This document shows, one piece after another, positions 1-11,770 of a DNA stretch of 64,000 bases. Positions within the stretch are counted from its first letter, which is position 1, and every line of letters starts with the position of its first letter. The translations under genes and the position numbers were made by a program. Location of the stretch: contig NC_043005.1 of assembly GCF_006345805.1 (NCBI RefSeq), positions 38,564,001 to 38,628,000 on the forward strand. The letters are read 5' to 3'. The notes beneath the pieces were generated by a model. That model searched no databases. It worked only from the letters and a program-made list of their open reading frames with translations, and was not told the origin of the DNA. The DNA comes from Octopus sinensis (taxonomy: Eukaryota).

Positions 1-1
1 T

Positions 2-1030
2 CCAGCCTTCTCTGGGAGGAATTTTGGCCCCGAAAGAGGTCATTTGGAATGAGCAGTTGTACTTTCGAATTATTTCAAGGAATTGTGACGAATCGGCGGT
101 TAAACCCGCCGCGAGATCCTTCAGTAGTTGAGGTGGTTCCCGTAGGGGTGGCAGGTCCACTTTGCCACCAGAGCAGCACAAACCAGGTGGCTCTCCGGTC
201 CATTTCTTGGCTTTGCAAAACTGGCATACAATTGTCATTGACCCTATCTTGATTTCGTCACGCAAGGAGAAGTTAATTGTGGCGTCGTAGTTGAATGCTA
301 GTGACAACCAGAAAGCGGGGGCAGGGGTACGTACACCACGAATGATATCACGACGTTTGTTGATACTCTCAAGTCGAGTGCACCGTGCCTCAGCAGATTC
401 AGATGCACGTGCGACAGCGGTAGCAGTGGCATCCCTTGAAAGCCTTTCAGCTCTCGCCTCAGCACCCTCTGAAGCCCTAGCAGAAGCAGTGTTAATGGCA
501 TGTCTGGATGTCCGAATAGTCCGTTGGTGTGGAGTTTCGGCAGATCGAGCCCTGGCTGTGTTTGCGGCGTTAGCAGCTTGGCGAGCTCTCCTCTGTTGAT
601 GTGTTTCGGAAGCTTTGGCCATGGCTTTGTTTGCGGCGTCAGCATCTTGGCGAGTTCTCCTCTGCTGTGAGGTTTCGACAGATCGTGTCCTGGCGGTGCT
701 AGTGGCGTTAGCCGCATTCCGAATGGCCCTTTGTTCGGGGTTCTCGCGAGCTCTGCGGATGGAAGCACAGTAAGAAGCCCGCATGTTTTGGCTGGACTGT
801 TGCTCTTTCGTCAACCTCGAGCGGAGGGAAGATCTGTACGCTGCGACCCTTGCAAGTCGGGTAGAACGGTCGCTAGTAGTTTCAGATGCCTGAGCAGCGG
901 CATAACGGGAAGCTGTTTGCGAGAGGCGCAAGGCGGTTTCCTCGTGGGTCTCGCGTGCCCTTCTAGCCCTAGCAGCCGATGCCTTGGCCGTCCGAGGGCT
1001 GAGGAGGGTCCTTCTCTTCTTGGGTGGCAT
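2..1030 (-). CDS. Helitron Rep/helicase protein, N-terminal 343 aa (open, runs off window)
   Basis: Manual translation from ATG at 1030 gives MPPKKRRTLLSPRTAKASAARARRARETHEETALRL, then Ala/Arg-rich ~22-aa repeats, then LAFNYD..IGSMTIVCQFCKAKKWTGEPPGLCCSGGKVDLPPLREPPQLLKDL..SQFLEIIRKYNCSFQMTSFGAK. There are no stops. The CxxC..CC..GKV zinc motif and FQMTSFGA are typical of animal Helitron RepHel N-termini. The track misses it because no stop lies in the window. Confidence 0.9.
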   Translation of the reverse strand, partial: MPPKKRRTLLSPRTAKASAARARRARETHEETALRLSQTASRYAAAQASETTSDRSTRLARVAAYRSSLRSRLTKEQQSSQNMRASYCASIRRARENPEQRAIRNAANATSTARTRSVETSQQRRTRQDADAANKAMAKASETHQQRRARQAANAANTARARSAETPHQRTIRTSRHAINTASARASEGAEARAERLSRDATATAVARASESAEARCTRLESINKRRDIIRGVRTPAPAFWLSLAFNYDATINFSLRDEIKIGSMTIVCQFCKAKKWTGEPPGLCCSGGKVDLPPLREPPQLLKDLAAGLTADSSQFLEIIRKYNCSFQMTSFGAKIPPREGW

Positions 1031-1210
1031 TTTGGTGGATAGCAATGTGTTTGGCAAAGGTGTAATAAAAAGAACACGTGGGGTAAGTATTTTGGTGGAT
1101 AGCAATGTGTTTGGCAAGGTGTAATAAAAAGGAACACGTGGGGTAAGTATTTTGGTGGATAGCAATGTGTTTGGTAAAGGTGTAATAAAAGGAGCTCGTG
1201 GGGTAAGTAT
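1031..1210. repeat. Three tandem ~60-bp repeats in the Helitron 5' leader, directly upstream of the ATG
   Basis: Unit TTTGGTGGATAGCAATGTGTTTGGCAAAGGTGTAATAAAAAGAACACGTGGGGTAAGTAT at about 1031, 1091 and 1151. Confidence 0.95.
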
Positions 1211-2233
1211 CCGAAAATGTATAAAAAGTACAAAAACGGCCAAAAAGCTGGCAGCAATGTGAGTGACAACAACGAAAAAGTCAAAAGTGATCAAACTGAA
1301 CAAACGAAAGGAAATTTTTTTTTGATGCACACGACAAAAGTGGTTTATAATAAACCAAGAGTTTGCAAGTAGCGTCCGAGGACCGTTAGGGTACGTCAAA
1401 AATTGAAGGTAAAACGTTTGGGTGGTAGTTATAAAGAAAGTTTAAACAAAAAAGTATTCGAATAACTTGCGGCTGCAGCAGCTATTAGCAGAAGTGGCGG
1501 TGTTGGGGGTAAAGTCTCGAATGTAATTTCTTCCTGGTAGGAATTGGTTGGATCGAATTATCGATAGCTAAAAAGGTCAAGTTGCGTCCCCTAGACAGTC
1601 TGGTTTGTGTTTAATACACAAATTGTTTGCTATGTGTGCCACATATGATTAAATTAACCGATTTTTTCCAATAATGTATCCTATTGGAATAAAAAGGGCT
1701 ATATAGCTCCTTGGAGCAGACATGATGCTCGTTGTGAAAAAAAAAAAGATTCCTGCCAATTTGTGAAAGATATTGTCGAAAATATGTCATCTTGAATTTG
1801 AACGCGATTTCCCAAAATGGCATGATTTTATCGATTGTTTCTGATGGAGGTATTGCATGGAAAACTAACGTCAGAATTGAGTTTTTAGGGTAACATTAAG
1901 GTTCACCATGAGTTTGGTGAAAATCGATTGCAAGTTGAGAAAACTACCATAGATAATGCGTTGCATAAAAAAAGCTTAGATTCTCGAGTTGCGTCCCCTA
2001 GACAGTCTGTGGTTCATGTTTATGATTCTCGACCCCATGTCGAATTTATCAATTTTTTTCAGAACTGGGGAAACTTTTCAAAATTTTCGCTGCGTTAGTT
2101 TTGAATTATGACATTGGGCTATGTGTGTGTCAAGTTTCATCAGAATCGGTTGAAAGCCGTGGTCAGGGTGAGGGTACGAGAAAACAGACACACAGAAGCA
2201 CGCACAGACAAACTGCCGTTTATATATAGAGAT

Positions 2234-2277
<44 letters not shown>

Positions 2278-2446
2278 CATACATACATACATAATACATA
2301 CATAATACATACATATATATATATATATATATAATATTATATATATATATATATAATATATATATATTATATTATATATTAGCGCATTGCTTCCCAATCA
2401 CATGATTCTGGGTTCAGTCCCATTGCGTGGCAGTTGAGAAAGCATT

Positions 2447-3001
2447 AAGAGCACACTTCGAGTCGTTTGTTTTCTTGAATCTCGTTCAGTTGATGTGCAA
2501 CAAGCCTATCCGTGTGTCCGTTTTCTTGACTTCTCCAATTTCCTTATAGGTTGTCCCAAAACACTTGTCCGAGGTGTTTGGAATTCTGATAAAAGTTTTC
2601 GAACCTTTGTTCTTGGGTTCTGCTCAACCAAAGCATTTAATCCATCATGCCGACTAACTGATTTTGACCTACCCCTTGGTTTATATTCAAGGCTATCATC
2701 TCGTGAATGAGAGCTTTGGAACCAACTCTAAACAGTTCTGATGTCAACAAAACCACTACCAAAGGCCCACTTGATATGCCATGGAGCCTCTGCGGCAGAG
2801 TGACCCAGTTTGGACTCATACGAGAAAATCGCTCCACATAGTTTGGTTGTTATCATTTTCATAAGATCTGTGGGTACGACGTTTGTATACCAATATATTT
2901 GGGAAAGAAAAAGATTAAATGCAAGGTATAGATAATTGAGTTTTTAAATTACTGAAATAACAAGTAATTAAAAATGTGACATTTCATTTGAAACAACCTA
3001 A
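2447..3001 (-). mobile_element. Mariner transposon 5' fragment with decayed transposase N-terminus
   Basis: TIR-like TA|TTAGGTTGTTTCAAATGAAAT at 3001-2981. Translation AIFSYESKLGHSAAEA..AFGSG..RTV*SWF..DDSLE and LVAHQLNEIQENKRLEVCS resembles the mariner HTH and WVPHEL region. Stops and frameshifts are present. Confidence 0.8.
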
Positions 3002-3419
3002 TATAACATACAGTATCATTTAGTTTTAAATGCATGATTAGTTATCAACTGAATACAATCTTAGAAAGTCCAATACATCTATTGTTGTCATTGTACACAT
3101 TTCGCTTCTATCTAATGCTATATCATCCTGGTATTTAAACACCAATAGAGCAATTCAAAATCCTGTATAGTCCTGGTTTGTATATAACATTTGAAAAAAC
3201 AGTGTGTATATCATTTTTCCCTTTTGGATAGTCGTGCAACATGTTTATATTAGAGAAACAGAGGACATTTAAACCATGATATACATATAGCTGTCATATA
3301 TGTTAACAGATAATATATGGCTTGTAGATAACCTCCAGGTGAAATTAACCATATATTACTTTATATGCATAACGAAATACATGTATGTTTTTAAACAAAC
3401 TGGCGGACATACATTTGTA

Positions 3420-3446
3420 AACGCACACAGATACATACATACATAC

Positions 3447-3477
<31 letters not shown>

Positions 3478-3541
3478 CATACATACATACATACAACATA
3501 CATACATACATACATATACACACACATATAAATATATATAT

Positions 3542-3572
<31 letters not shown>

Positions 3573-3775
3573 CTCACATACACATATACATAGGTGTGTA
3601 AGTCTTCTTTTATTCTATTATGTGATTAGCACCGTATATATATATTATATATATATATACATATACATGTATATATATGTATATATACATGTATATATAT
3701 ATATATATGTATATATATATGTATATATATATGTATATATATATGTATATATATGTATATATATGTATATCTATC

Positions 3776-3849
<74 letters not shown>

Positions 3850-3854
3850 TGTAC

Positions 3855-3885
<31 letters not shown>

Positions 3886-3956
3886 CACATGTATATGTAT
3901 ATACATATATATATACATGTATATGTATATACATATATATATATATATACATATAC

Positions 3957-4004
<48 letters not shown>

Positions 4005-4038
4005 GTACATGTATATATATATATACATATATATACAT

Positions 4039-4069
<31 letters not shown>

Positions 4070-4111
4070 CATATACATGTATATATATATATATATATAA
4101 TATACATATAC

Positions 4112-4143
<32 letters not shown>

Positions 4144-4330
4144 ATATACATATATATACATTTATATATATACATATATATACATATATATATATATGTA
4201 TGTATATATATGTATATCTATAAATGTGTGTGTATATATATATATATATGAATAGCTACACACTCACGCGCATATACATACATACACGGATGCGCGCGTA
4301 CGCACACCCATGCACGTACGTACACACACA
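3420..4330. repeat. Compound (CATA)n/(TA)n/(TATG)n microsatellite field
   Basis: Directly visible; source of the IY/YI-rich pseudo-ORFs. Confidence 0.95.
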
Positions 4331-4599
4331 GACTACACATATACTGAGCAATAATCTAGAATATCGTTGCTAAAAATTTTATGACTCGGTGTGCCCCTGA
4401 AGAAGTTTGTGGTTATTGATGTTATATCGTCCCATGATTGATTGTTTCTTTTAAACTCATTCATGAAACTATTACTGATGCAACGTTAGTACATACATTG
4501 CAGCACACAGCCGCATCTATGTTTGTGTGCGTGTTCGTGCGTGCGTGCAATCAACTGCAATCGTATTGGGTACTTTATTTTTGTTCAAATGAGTCATTC

Positions 4600-4605
4600 C
4601 GTGTT

Positions 4606-4674
<69 letters not shown>

Positions 4675-5080
4675 CATATATGCATATATACATATATACA
4701 TATGTGTGTATGGATGTTTATATATGCATGTGTATATATATATATATACAAACATTTTCTCTAATATATATACGCATATATGTATATATATATATACAAT
4801 ACATATATATATATATATACATATATGTATATATATATATCTCAACAAATCCACAAATATATATCAAATATATATATGCACATATATATTTGTATATATA
4901 TATATCCATATATATATGTACATGTATATATTTATATTTATATATGTATATATATGTACATATACAAATATACTTATATACATATATACATGTATGCGTA
5001 TACATACATATTCATACATGCGTCTATACATACATACATACACACACACATGCATACAGACATGCATACATACATACATT
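4600..5080. repeat. (TA)n-rich compound microsatellite
   Basis: Directly visible. Confidence 0.95.
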
Positions 5081-5581
5081 TTGACATTCACATAGATTGG
5101 AGTAAATAAATGCCTCTTTAGATTGCTATGCCTATAAGTTAGCGTTTAATATTTAACGTGATTTGCAATTATATTAACCTAAACTAGTGCATAAAAAAAA
5201 GTAGGATCTCCTTTTTCTAGAATTATCGTATCGAACGGGCGATACGATAGTTGTGATTAAAATAAATTCCTCTTCGTGGATGAGAGAGTAATATTCATAA
5301 CAACGTTGTCTTCTCTGTTATAAATTATGGCTGATTAACAACGTGAGCGGTAAGTATAGGGATTAGCTAAAAGTTTGACATGCGCGTTGATTGATTTGAG
5401 TTGGTCACGAGGACACTTCTACAAAAATTCTTCTTCTGCCGTCCCACATTCCCCAACACTTTAGTCACGAGGATCACATTAAAACTACCACCATCACCAC
5501 CACAGTAACAGAGGAAACATAGCAATGACAAAAGAACCCATCAATGAGACATTATGTGGTCATTTGACTCGCTAGAAATGG

Positions 5582-5718
5582 TAAAGAATTAGAAGTGTTG
5601 CTGTAGGATTACCCATCTTTTGACGGGTAAAATAAGGGATACATACATACATGCATGCATGCATACATACATACATACATACATACATACATACATACAT
5701 ACATACATACATACATAC
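5582..5718 (+). repeat. Inverted copy of 9841-9979 (59-bp unique part plus (ACAT)n)
   Basis: 5582-5640 is the exact reverse complement of 9921-9979. Both adjoining (ACAT)n tracts carry CATG interruptions at the same position. Confidence 0.95.
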
Positions 5719-5891
5719 AGTCTTATAACGGAGGGTAACGTAAAATAAGATACTCCTAGATACACTATCGTTGAGACCAAAGACGGGATACTCACAGATG
5801 GAACGCCCTCGATCATATATCTGTTCTGCACAATCATAGCTGATCTGACGTTAGACATTTGAAAACAAATAGCAACAAAAACAACAATATT

Positions 5892-5927
<36 letters not shown>

Positions 5928-6501
5928 CTACCTACCTACCTACCTACCTACAGCAACACAACAATGTCAGTGTTAAAGCCAGCAATGATAAAAATCGTCG
6001 TCGTCCTCCTCCACCTCCTCTTCGCCATCATCATCGTCATCGTCATTATCATCATCATCACCATCATCGTGATCTTTACCATCCATATTGCCATTATCCA
6101 TGTTTAACTGTCATGAAATTTGTCTCATGCGATTGGACAGTTATCAAATACATCATTAAGAAGATGCCTCACTCCGCATCTAAGCCAAGCGCAACCTCAT
6201 GATTTTACCGCAACCAAGAGTTTATATAACAAAACTACTTACTACAAACCACTACAACTACTACCAAAACTGTAATCGCCACTGTTAGTAACTATGTAAA
6301 TATCTCTAACGAGACCATTGCTACGACCCACTCATTCAGTCATTTTTTTCTCACCCTCAGTTACATACGCACACACACACACACATACACACACACATGG
6401 GTGTATATATATATATAATATATATATATATTTTAAATTTTATTTTATCTAGTTTCAGCTCACGAGCTGCGGCCATGCTGGGGCACCGCCATTTATGCTG
6501 G

Positions 6502-6532
<31 letters not shown>

Positions 6533-6623
6533 TCTTTTTCTCTAAATTTCAGTCCAAAAACTGTGGTCATGCTGGGGCACTGCCGTTTACTTTGATACTC
6601 TTTCACGAAACTTCCTCTGATAT

Positions 6624-8078
6624 GTGACATTTGGTGGATGAGGGAGTTTGACGTTGTTGCCCTCATCTGTGTTTCTTGCCTAGATGTAGGTTCATGCGGA
6701 ACTCTTTACAGAAGGAGATCTAGTTTTGTTTTGTAAAAGTCTACATCAACGTCATGCACGTCTCTCGGGTTTTGTTGGAGGATATTGAAGAGCTGTGGGC
6801 TTTTAAGCCTGAAGCTGTTTCAGTATCTAGTCCTGTATCCTGCTGTTTGTATAAGTGACAAAGCCAAAGTTTGGAACACGTTTTTCCAGGACTTCCCAGA
6901 TGTATATTACTGCATATCTTTCCCGCCTTCACTTCAGGGAGTAGGGTCTTAAATCTTTCAGTCCCTTCCAGTAGCTGATATGTCGCATTGTATCGATCAT
7001 CCTTGCCTAGCTTCACCGGATCGCCTCGAGTTCCGTCGTTGATTTTACATTGTTTGGTGATCACAGCTGGGAACAGTAATTCAGGCGGCTAAGAACGAAA
7101 GTCCTCCAGAGGATCCTCATGGTTTCCTTTTCTATTGTTTTGAAAGTTCAAAGGATCCACCCGGCCAGATGTCAGCATTTTATTGCCGACATGGTTTTGT
7201 GCATCTGGAAAGACACATCATTACTCATGTCGATGCCCAGGTACTGGAATCCCTCCTGGGCCAGTGTATCCTATCTGCTTTTCACTGAGCTTCCTGTGTT
7301 GGTAGCACAGGGTTTAGAATTTGTCAGCATTAAAGTGGATGTTCTTTTCCTCAGCCCACCTGTATATTGAGTCCAACTCACGTTGCAGATGAACAACATC
7401 CCCAGGGTTCTGTATCCTCAGAGAGACTTTTGTATCGGCTGCTTAGCTAGCGCATGTCACAGAGGGCCACTATGAATAGAAGGGGCTCCAGGACAGTGCA
7501 ATGTAAAACACCATCATTTGTATTTTCTTGGAGGTGGCCCCATTGACAACCACTACCTGCCTTCTATCTTTTAGAAAGTCATGTAGCCACTCTCCAAGTT
7601 TTCCAAATATGCCAATATTTCGGAGCTTGTGACAAATCATACCATGGCCGACTTTGTCAAAGGCTTTTGAAAAATCGTGGTATATCACGTCCACATTTGA
7701 GTTGTCGAGTAGCTGCTTTAGTACTCAGACGTAAATGCTGCAGCAACTGTGTCAGCCAGCTTCTACTTGGTCGAAAACCATGTTGTGTGTCAGTCAGCAG
7801 GTCATTCTCTTCAATGAATACAATTAATTTCCTTTGGACTATTCGTTCCATGACTTTGCTGATGCGTGAGGACAGCTAGATAGGCCTAAACTTTTTAGTG
7901 TCTTCTCTGCTTCCTCCTTTATGTATAGGGCATATTATTCCTTCCTTTAGTTTGCCCGGGAGCTTACTATTTGCAAGAAAACTCTGAAAAAGTAGCTGCG
8001 CTGGTTTTGCAAGGACTCATTTACATGACTTGAGAAGGATTGATGGGAATCCATCAGGCCCAACAGCTGAGTTTGCAT
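6624..8078 (-). mobile_element. CR1-group LINE, 5'-truncated, decayed reverse transcriptase and C-terminus
   Basis: Minus-strand peptides AVGPDGFPSILLKSCK, QHGFRPSRSWLTQLL, DVIYHDFSKAFDKVGHGMICHKL..GIFGKLGEWLHDFLKDRRQVVVVNG, YWKGLKDLRPYSLK*RRERYAVIYIW and C-terminal SNSLIHQ. Multiple stops and frameshifts. Confidence 0.85.
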
Positions 8079-8509
8079 TTATATGCATGTATGTGTGTGT
8101 GTATATATATATAAACATTATTCTTATTAATATCCCCACCACAACATTTGCTACCACGTGTATTACCACTACCATGTTCACATCACCAATGCCACTATCA
8201 TAACCAACACGCCAAAAACCACTACCGTCACCACTACTAATTAGCACGAAGACCAGTATCTAGGGTTGCTCAATCGGTGTTCATATGGCATACAACAAAA
8301 TAGATTAGGGATCCACAATAATATTCTAAGGACCCCTGAAAATGTTTTGCTTTAGATGTATGTATTGGTATCTATTGCAAGAAACAATTAGGTTTCTATC
8401 TCTAACATTTTACATTGTTCAACCTATAATTAATATGTGAAAATCAAAATAAGAAATTTGAAAGAAATATATGCATCAAAATAGGAAATTTGAAATAAAT
8501 GTGTGCATA

Positions 8510-9000
8510 GTTAACCATCTAGAGGAGATATATAGTTCGTGTTAAAAATGCGCAGCAATGTCCGTTCCAATGGAACAGCCATGTTGAAGTGGCTACAAAC
8601 ATTACTTGCCAGCACAGCTCCTGCGTTCATCACTTAGAGAGATTTTAGAACTAGCATTTTTGCTTGTTGCAAGATCAGCAACTGTGTTTCGCTTGAATTT
8701 ATATATATTGCGAGCAGAAGCGAGCTACTGCCATTTCTTGCAGACGAGGTGTCCAGTACTGAAGAGTGACAGAAATAGCCCGAAACCAGGCTGGTCTGCT
8801 GGTCCCATCGCTAGAAGGTGGTTGGGCTTCGATCCACTGCTCGCAGTATATCGGATGCAGGAGTGCATTGTTAACTAGCTAGAGGAGATGTCCTCTTGGG
8901 CTTACAAAATCGTAGTGAAGTTCGTTCAAACGGAACAGCCATGTTGAAGTGGCTGCAAACGTTACTTGCGAGTATAACAATTGCATTCATCTCTTATAGA
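8510..9000 (+). mobile_element. Non-coding ~360-bp unit with ~130-bp direct terminal repeats and a hammerhead motif (PLE-derived/retrozyme-like)
   Basis: GGAACAGCCATGTTGAAGTGGCT occurs at 8572 and 8932 (period 360). The repeats span about 8510-8640 and 8870-9000, with the hammerhead motif between them. Confidence 0.7.
8753..8802 (+). ncRNA. Type I hammerhead ribozyme motif, stem II decayed
   Basis: CCAGTA-CTGAAGA-[GTGACAGAAATAGCCC]-GAAA-CCAGGCTGGTC-TGCTGG. Stem I is 6 bp (one G-U), the core is CUGANGA/GAAA, stem III is near-palindromic and the cleavage triplet is GUC. Stem II pairs only partly. Confidence 0.65.
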
Positions 9001-9830
9001 GATGGGGATCTACAGAATAAAATAGTAATCAAAGGGGTCAACAGATAAAAAATGGTTGGGAACCCTGGAATAAAACCCCTCAAGACAGAGCCCTAACATA
9101 GTAGCGGTCTCATAAATGAAACATGTAAAAAATAAAAGGTTAAATTACAACAGCCATAACAAATATCATTAACAATGATACTAATTGTTGTAAGAAGTAT
9201 GAAAACGATTCCACTTCAATAACGTGCCAAGTAGTATTTGTGTGTAATAGCGTAGATCGGTACTATAAAACTAGTGTTCAGTACAGATGTCACTTAAAAT
9301 TTGGTAGATAAGAGCTTCAGTATCTTTTCTCTGTATTATAACTTTAAGACGTATAAGAGCGATTCCACTTAAGTGAAATACAACGTTTAGTAAATTCCCC
9401 ATTATTTATCAATATACCTGACAGTGTGTCTCTTGTCTCTCTCTATTTGTCCGTCCTCCAAATAGAGATTACTCATATCTTAATGGATTTCTCTACTTCA
9501 GTTATTAAGTACTAACTAGATATACTCTAACAAAATGTCGTATAAAAGTTATTGTTAGGAAAATACTTACTTCTGACGTTGTTGGTAGTGTTAGCTAATG
9601 TTACATTTATAATTTATTCATATTTAAATAGTATTATTGTTATTAATAACATTTTATTGCAAATATATAACAAATGAGAAATTAATTTTAATTTTATTTT
9701 AATTTTAAAAAATATTTTGAAAATTAGTATTCATTTCATTAGTATTCATTTTGACATGAAATTTGGAAATAGTAAAAGTTATAATCATATATACATAATT
9801 TGTGTGATATTACTTCACATTACTCATAAT

Positions 9831-9840
<10 letters not shown>

Positions 9841-9869
<29 letters not shown>

Positions 9870-9979
9870 TGTATGTATGTATGTATGTATGTATGTATGT
9901 ATGCATGCATGTATGTATGTATCCCTTATTTTACCCGTCAAAAGATGGGTAATCCTACAGCAACACTTCTAATTCTTTA
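9841..9979 (-). repeat. Partner (probable donor) of the 5582-5718 inverted copy
   Basis: Reverse-complement identity to 5582-5718. Confidence 0.95.
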
Positions 9980-11059
9980 TTAATTATTACCCCTATTTTT
10001 TCTAGTTTTGATTCGGCAAAATGAAATACACTATATATACATATATTTTCACACACTTTTAAAGTTGTTATCTAACGAGTGCAGTGGCTGTCTTTATTGC
10101 ATGTATGGAAATAACCCGAAATTTTGACAATGTCTTTAGAATTACTTTTGTTCATTGTTTATAATTTACCTACATAGCTAGTATATATTCAGTTTATTTT
10201 CTTATTTACATTTGAATTATATTATCATTATTGGTGTCACTGCTATTATTAATGTCGTTGTTTTTGTCATTGTGGTTAAAAAGTGTTTGTCATAATATTA
10301 CATAAATTTTGCTTTAAAAGTAAATATTGAAGCAGAATACTAAGTCTAAAAACCTGTCTCCTCCCTACTGATCTCATAATCCACCCCACCCCCGAACACA
10401 TGTAAAATTTCCCACTGCCTCCAGGAGATGGTAACTATCTTGAGAAGCTCTACTGTAGGCTGTGCAAGTTCATCTTACCTTGTTTGTCCCTGATCCAGTA
10501 CATGGCAGTATGCTAATTATGAACCATGTTACGCCCATCATTAATTGACCTGTTGTAACACAAATCGACTAACACGTCGGTGATCAGTCAAACATTCTAC
10601 CTGGACTGCAAAAGCCTGAACCAATGACTTTTCACAATGGTCAGAACTATCTGGGGTCACGGAACTAATCCTCTCTTCCCCGTATGTTTTATTATTTATT
10701 TATCACTTATTCATTTAAAACGGCGTTGTTTTGTTTTCTTTAACCACGAAAGAGAATAAATGTATACAACTGGAAATGAAGCAGACTTCAAACCAGATTC
10801 ATTTTAATATTTAGTGGTAAAGATTGTTCACCTTTCTTTCTGTCAATATCTGTACAGTACTTTAAAGGCCTCGAACAAAACCATTACGCTAAATTCAAAA
10901 TAAATTATGGTGATATGGAGCGGGGCATTAATAGATCAGATGTTCAATACTTGACGGTTATAATCAGTGAATAACATTCCATTAAATAAACAACAATAAT
11001 AATTTGTATCCTGTTTTCATAACCTTGTTTTGCTTATACATCGATTACAGCCTTTGTAT

Positions 11060-11770
11060 TTAGAGGTGTCCATCCATTTATCTATCCATTTTCTCCCCAT
11101 ACTGTTCCTAGGAGAGTCCTGAGGGCAGAGTTCTTAGGCACCTCCTCCATAGGGTCCTATGAGAAGTAGATATCATTGCATTTTCCAGTTGAATTCCCAA
11201 GAGTTATTAATTGAAACTATGGATATTATCCAACCATCTCATTCTTGGCCCACCATTATGTCTCCTGTCGATTAGTTCAGCCTGAAGAATCAGTCTTGTA
11301 ATTCCTTCCTGCGATATTCGCATCACATGCCTATAGTTACTGAGCTATGACCAGTCAATTCGAAAAGTAAAGGCACGACCAAGAGAAACTTCTGGATTCC
11401 GAGATATGTACATCGTCACATTGCCAAGTAACTTTACTCTAGAGATCTCCAGAGAAACTTCATTTTGGCCGCTTGTATTCACGATCGTACTCTCTCGCTC
11501 TTTAACAATGACCCAAGGTGAGCATAGACACGAAAACCGAAATGAAAATAGGAAGTTTAGGTTTTTATTAACCTCTCCTTTTCTGAAGGTTGAATGCTGA
11601 AGTTGGCGCACTGCTTTGCCATTATCAGCAGCTGTAGCATCCTATTCAGCCTTGTACCTTCCATCACCTCTGAATATGGCTCTGAGATACTTAAACGTTT
11701 CCACTTGCTTTAGTGATATTCCACAAATATTTAGAATGCACTGAGAAAATTTTCTTTAGAAGACTAAGTC
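11060..11770 (-). mobile_element. RTE-clade LINE 3' fragment (decayed)
   Basis: Minus-strand peptides LKQVETFKYLRAIFRGDG, HVMRISQEGITRLILQAE..GGPRMRWLDNI and RTLWRRCL are typical of the RTE C-terminus. Confidence 0.7.

Larger units (their letters stand above)
1..2232 (-). mobile_element. Helitron (rolling-circle transposon), 5' part of a putatively autonomous copy; continues beyond window start
   Basis: The minus strand starts A|TCTCTATATATAAACGGCAG at 2232, a Helitron 5'-TC end next to (TA)n. A ~1.2 kb leader precedes the Rep/helicase-type ORF. The first ~245 bp match the complete non-autonomous Helitron at 43110-43490. Confidence 0.9.
8261..9067. mobile_element. Possible hAT-type MITE interrupted by the 8510-9000 element
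   Basis: Ends TAGGGTTGCTCAATC and GGTTGGGAACCCTG form imperfect hAT-like TIRs. No clear 8-bp TSD. Confidence 0.45.

Noticed and set aside
1031-1210. Regularly spaced repeats resembling a CRISPR array
   Set aside because: The units are contiguous tandem copies with no unique spacers, in a eukaryotic context with no cas genes.
291-1284. Track ORFs 291-599(+), 298-768(-), 731-1042(+), 811-1284(-)
   Set aside because: These are alternative-frame or antisense shadows of the true Helitron ORF (minus strand from 1030) and its tandem repeats.
3300-5109. Many long ORFs rich in IY/YI, MYVC, HTYI (also at ~17000, 22000, 24700, 38600, 45500, 51600, 56000, 58500)
   Set aside because: They are translations of (TA)n, (TATG)n and (CA)n microsatellites, which lack stop codons; not genes.
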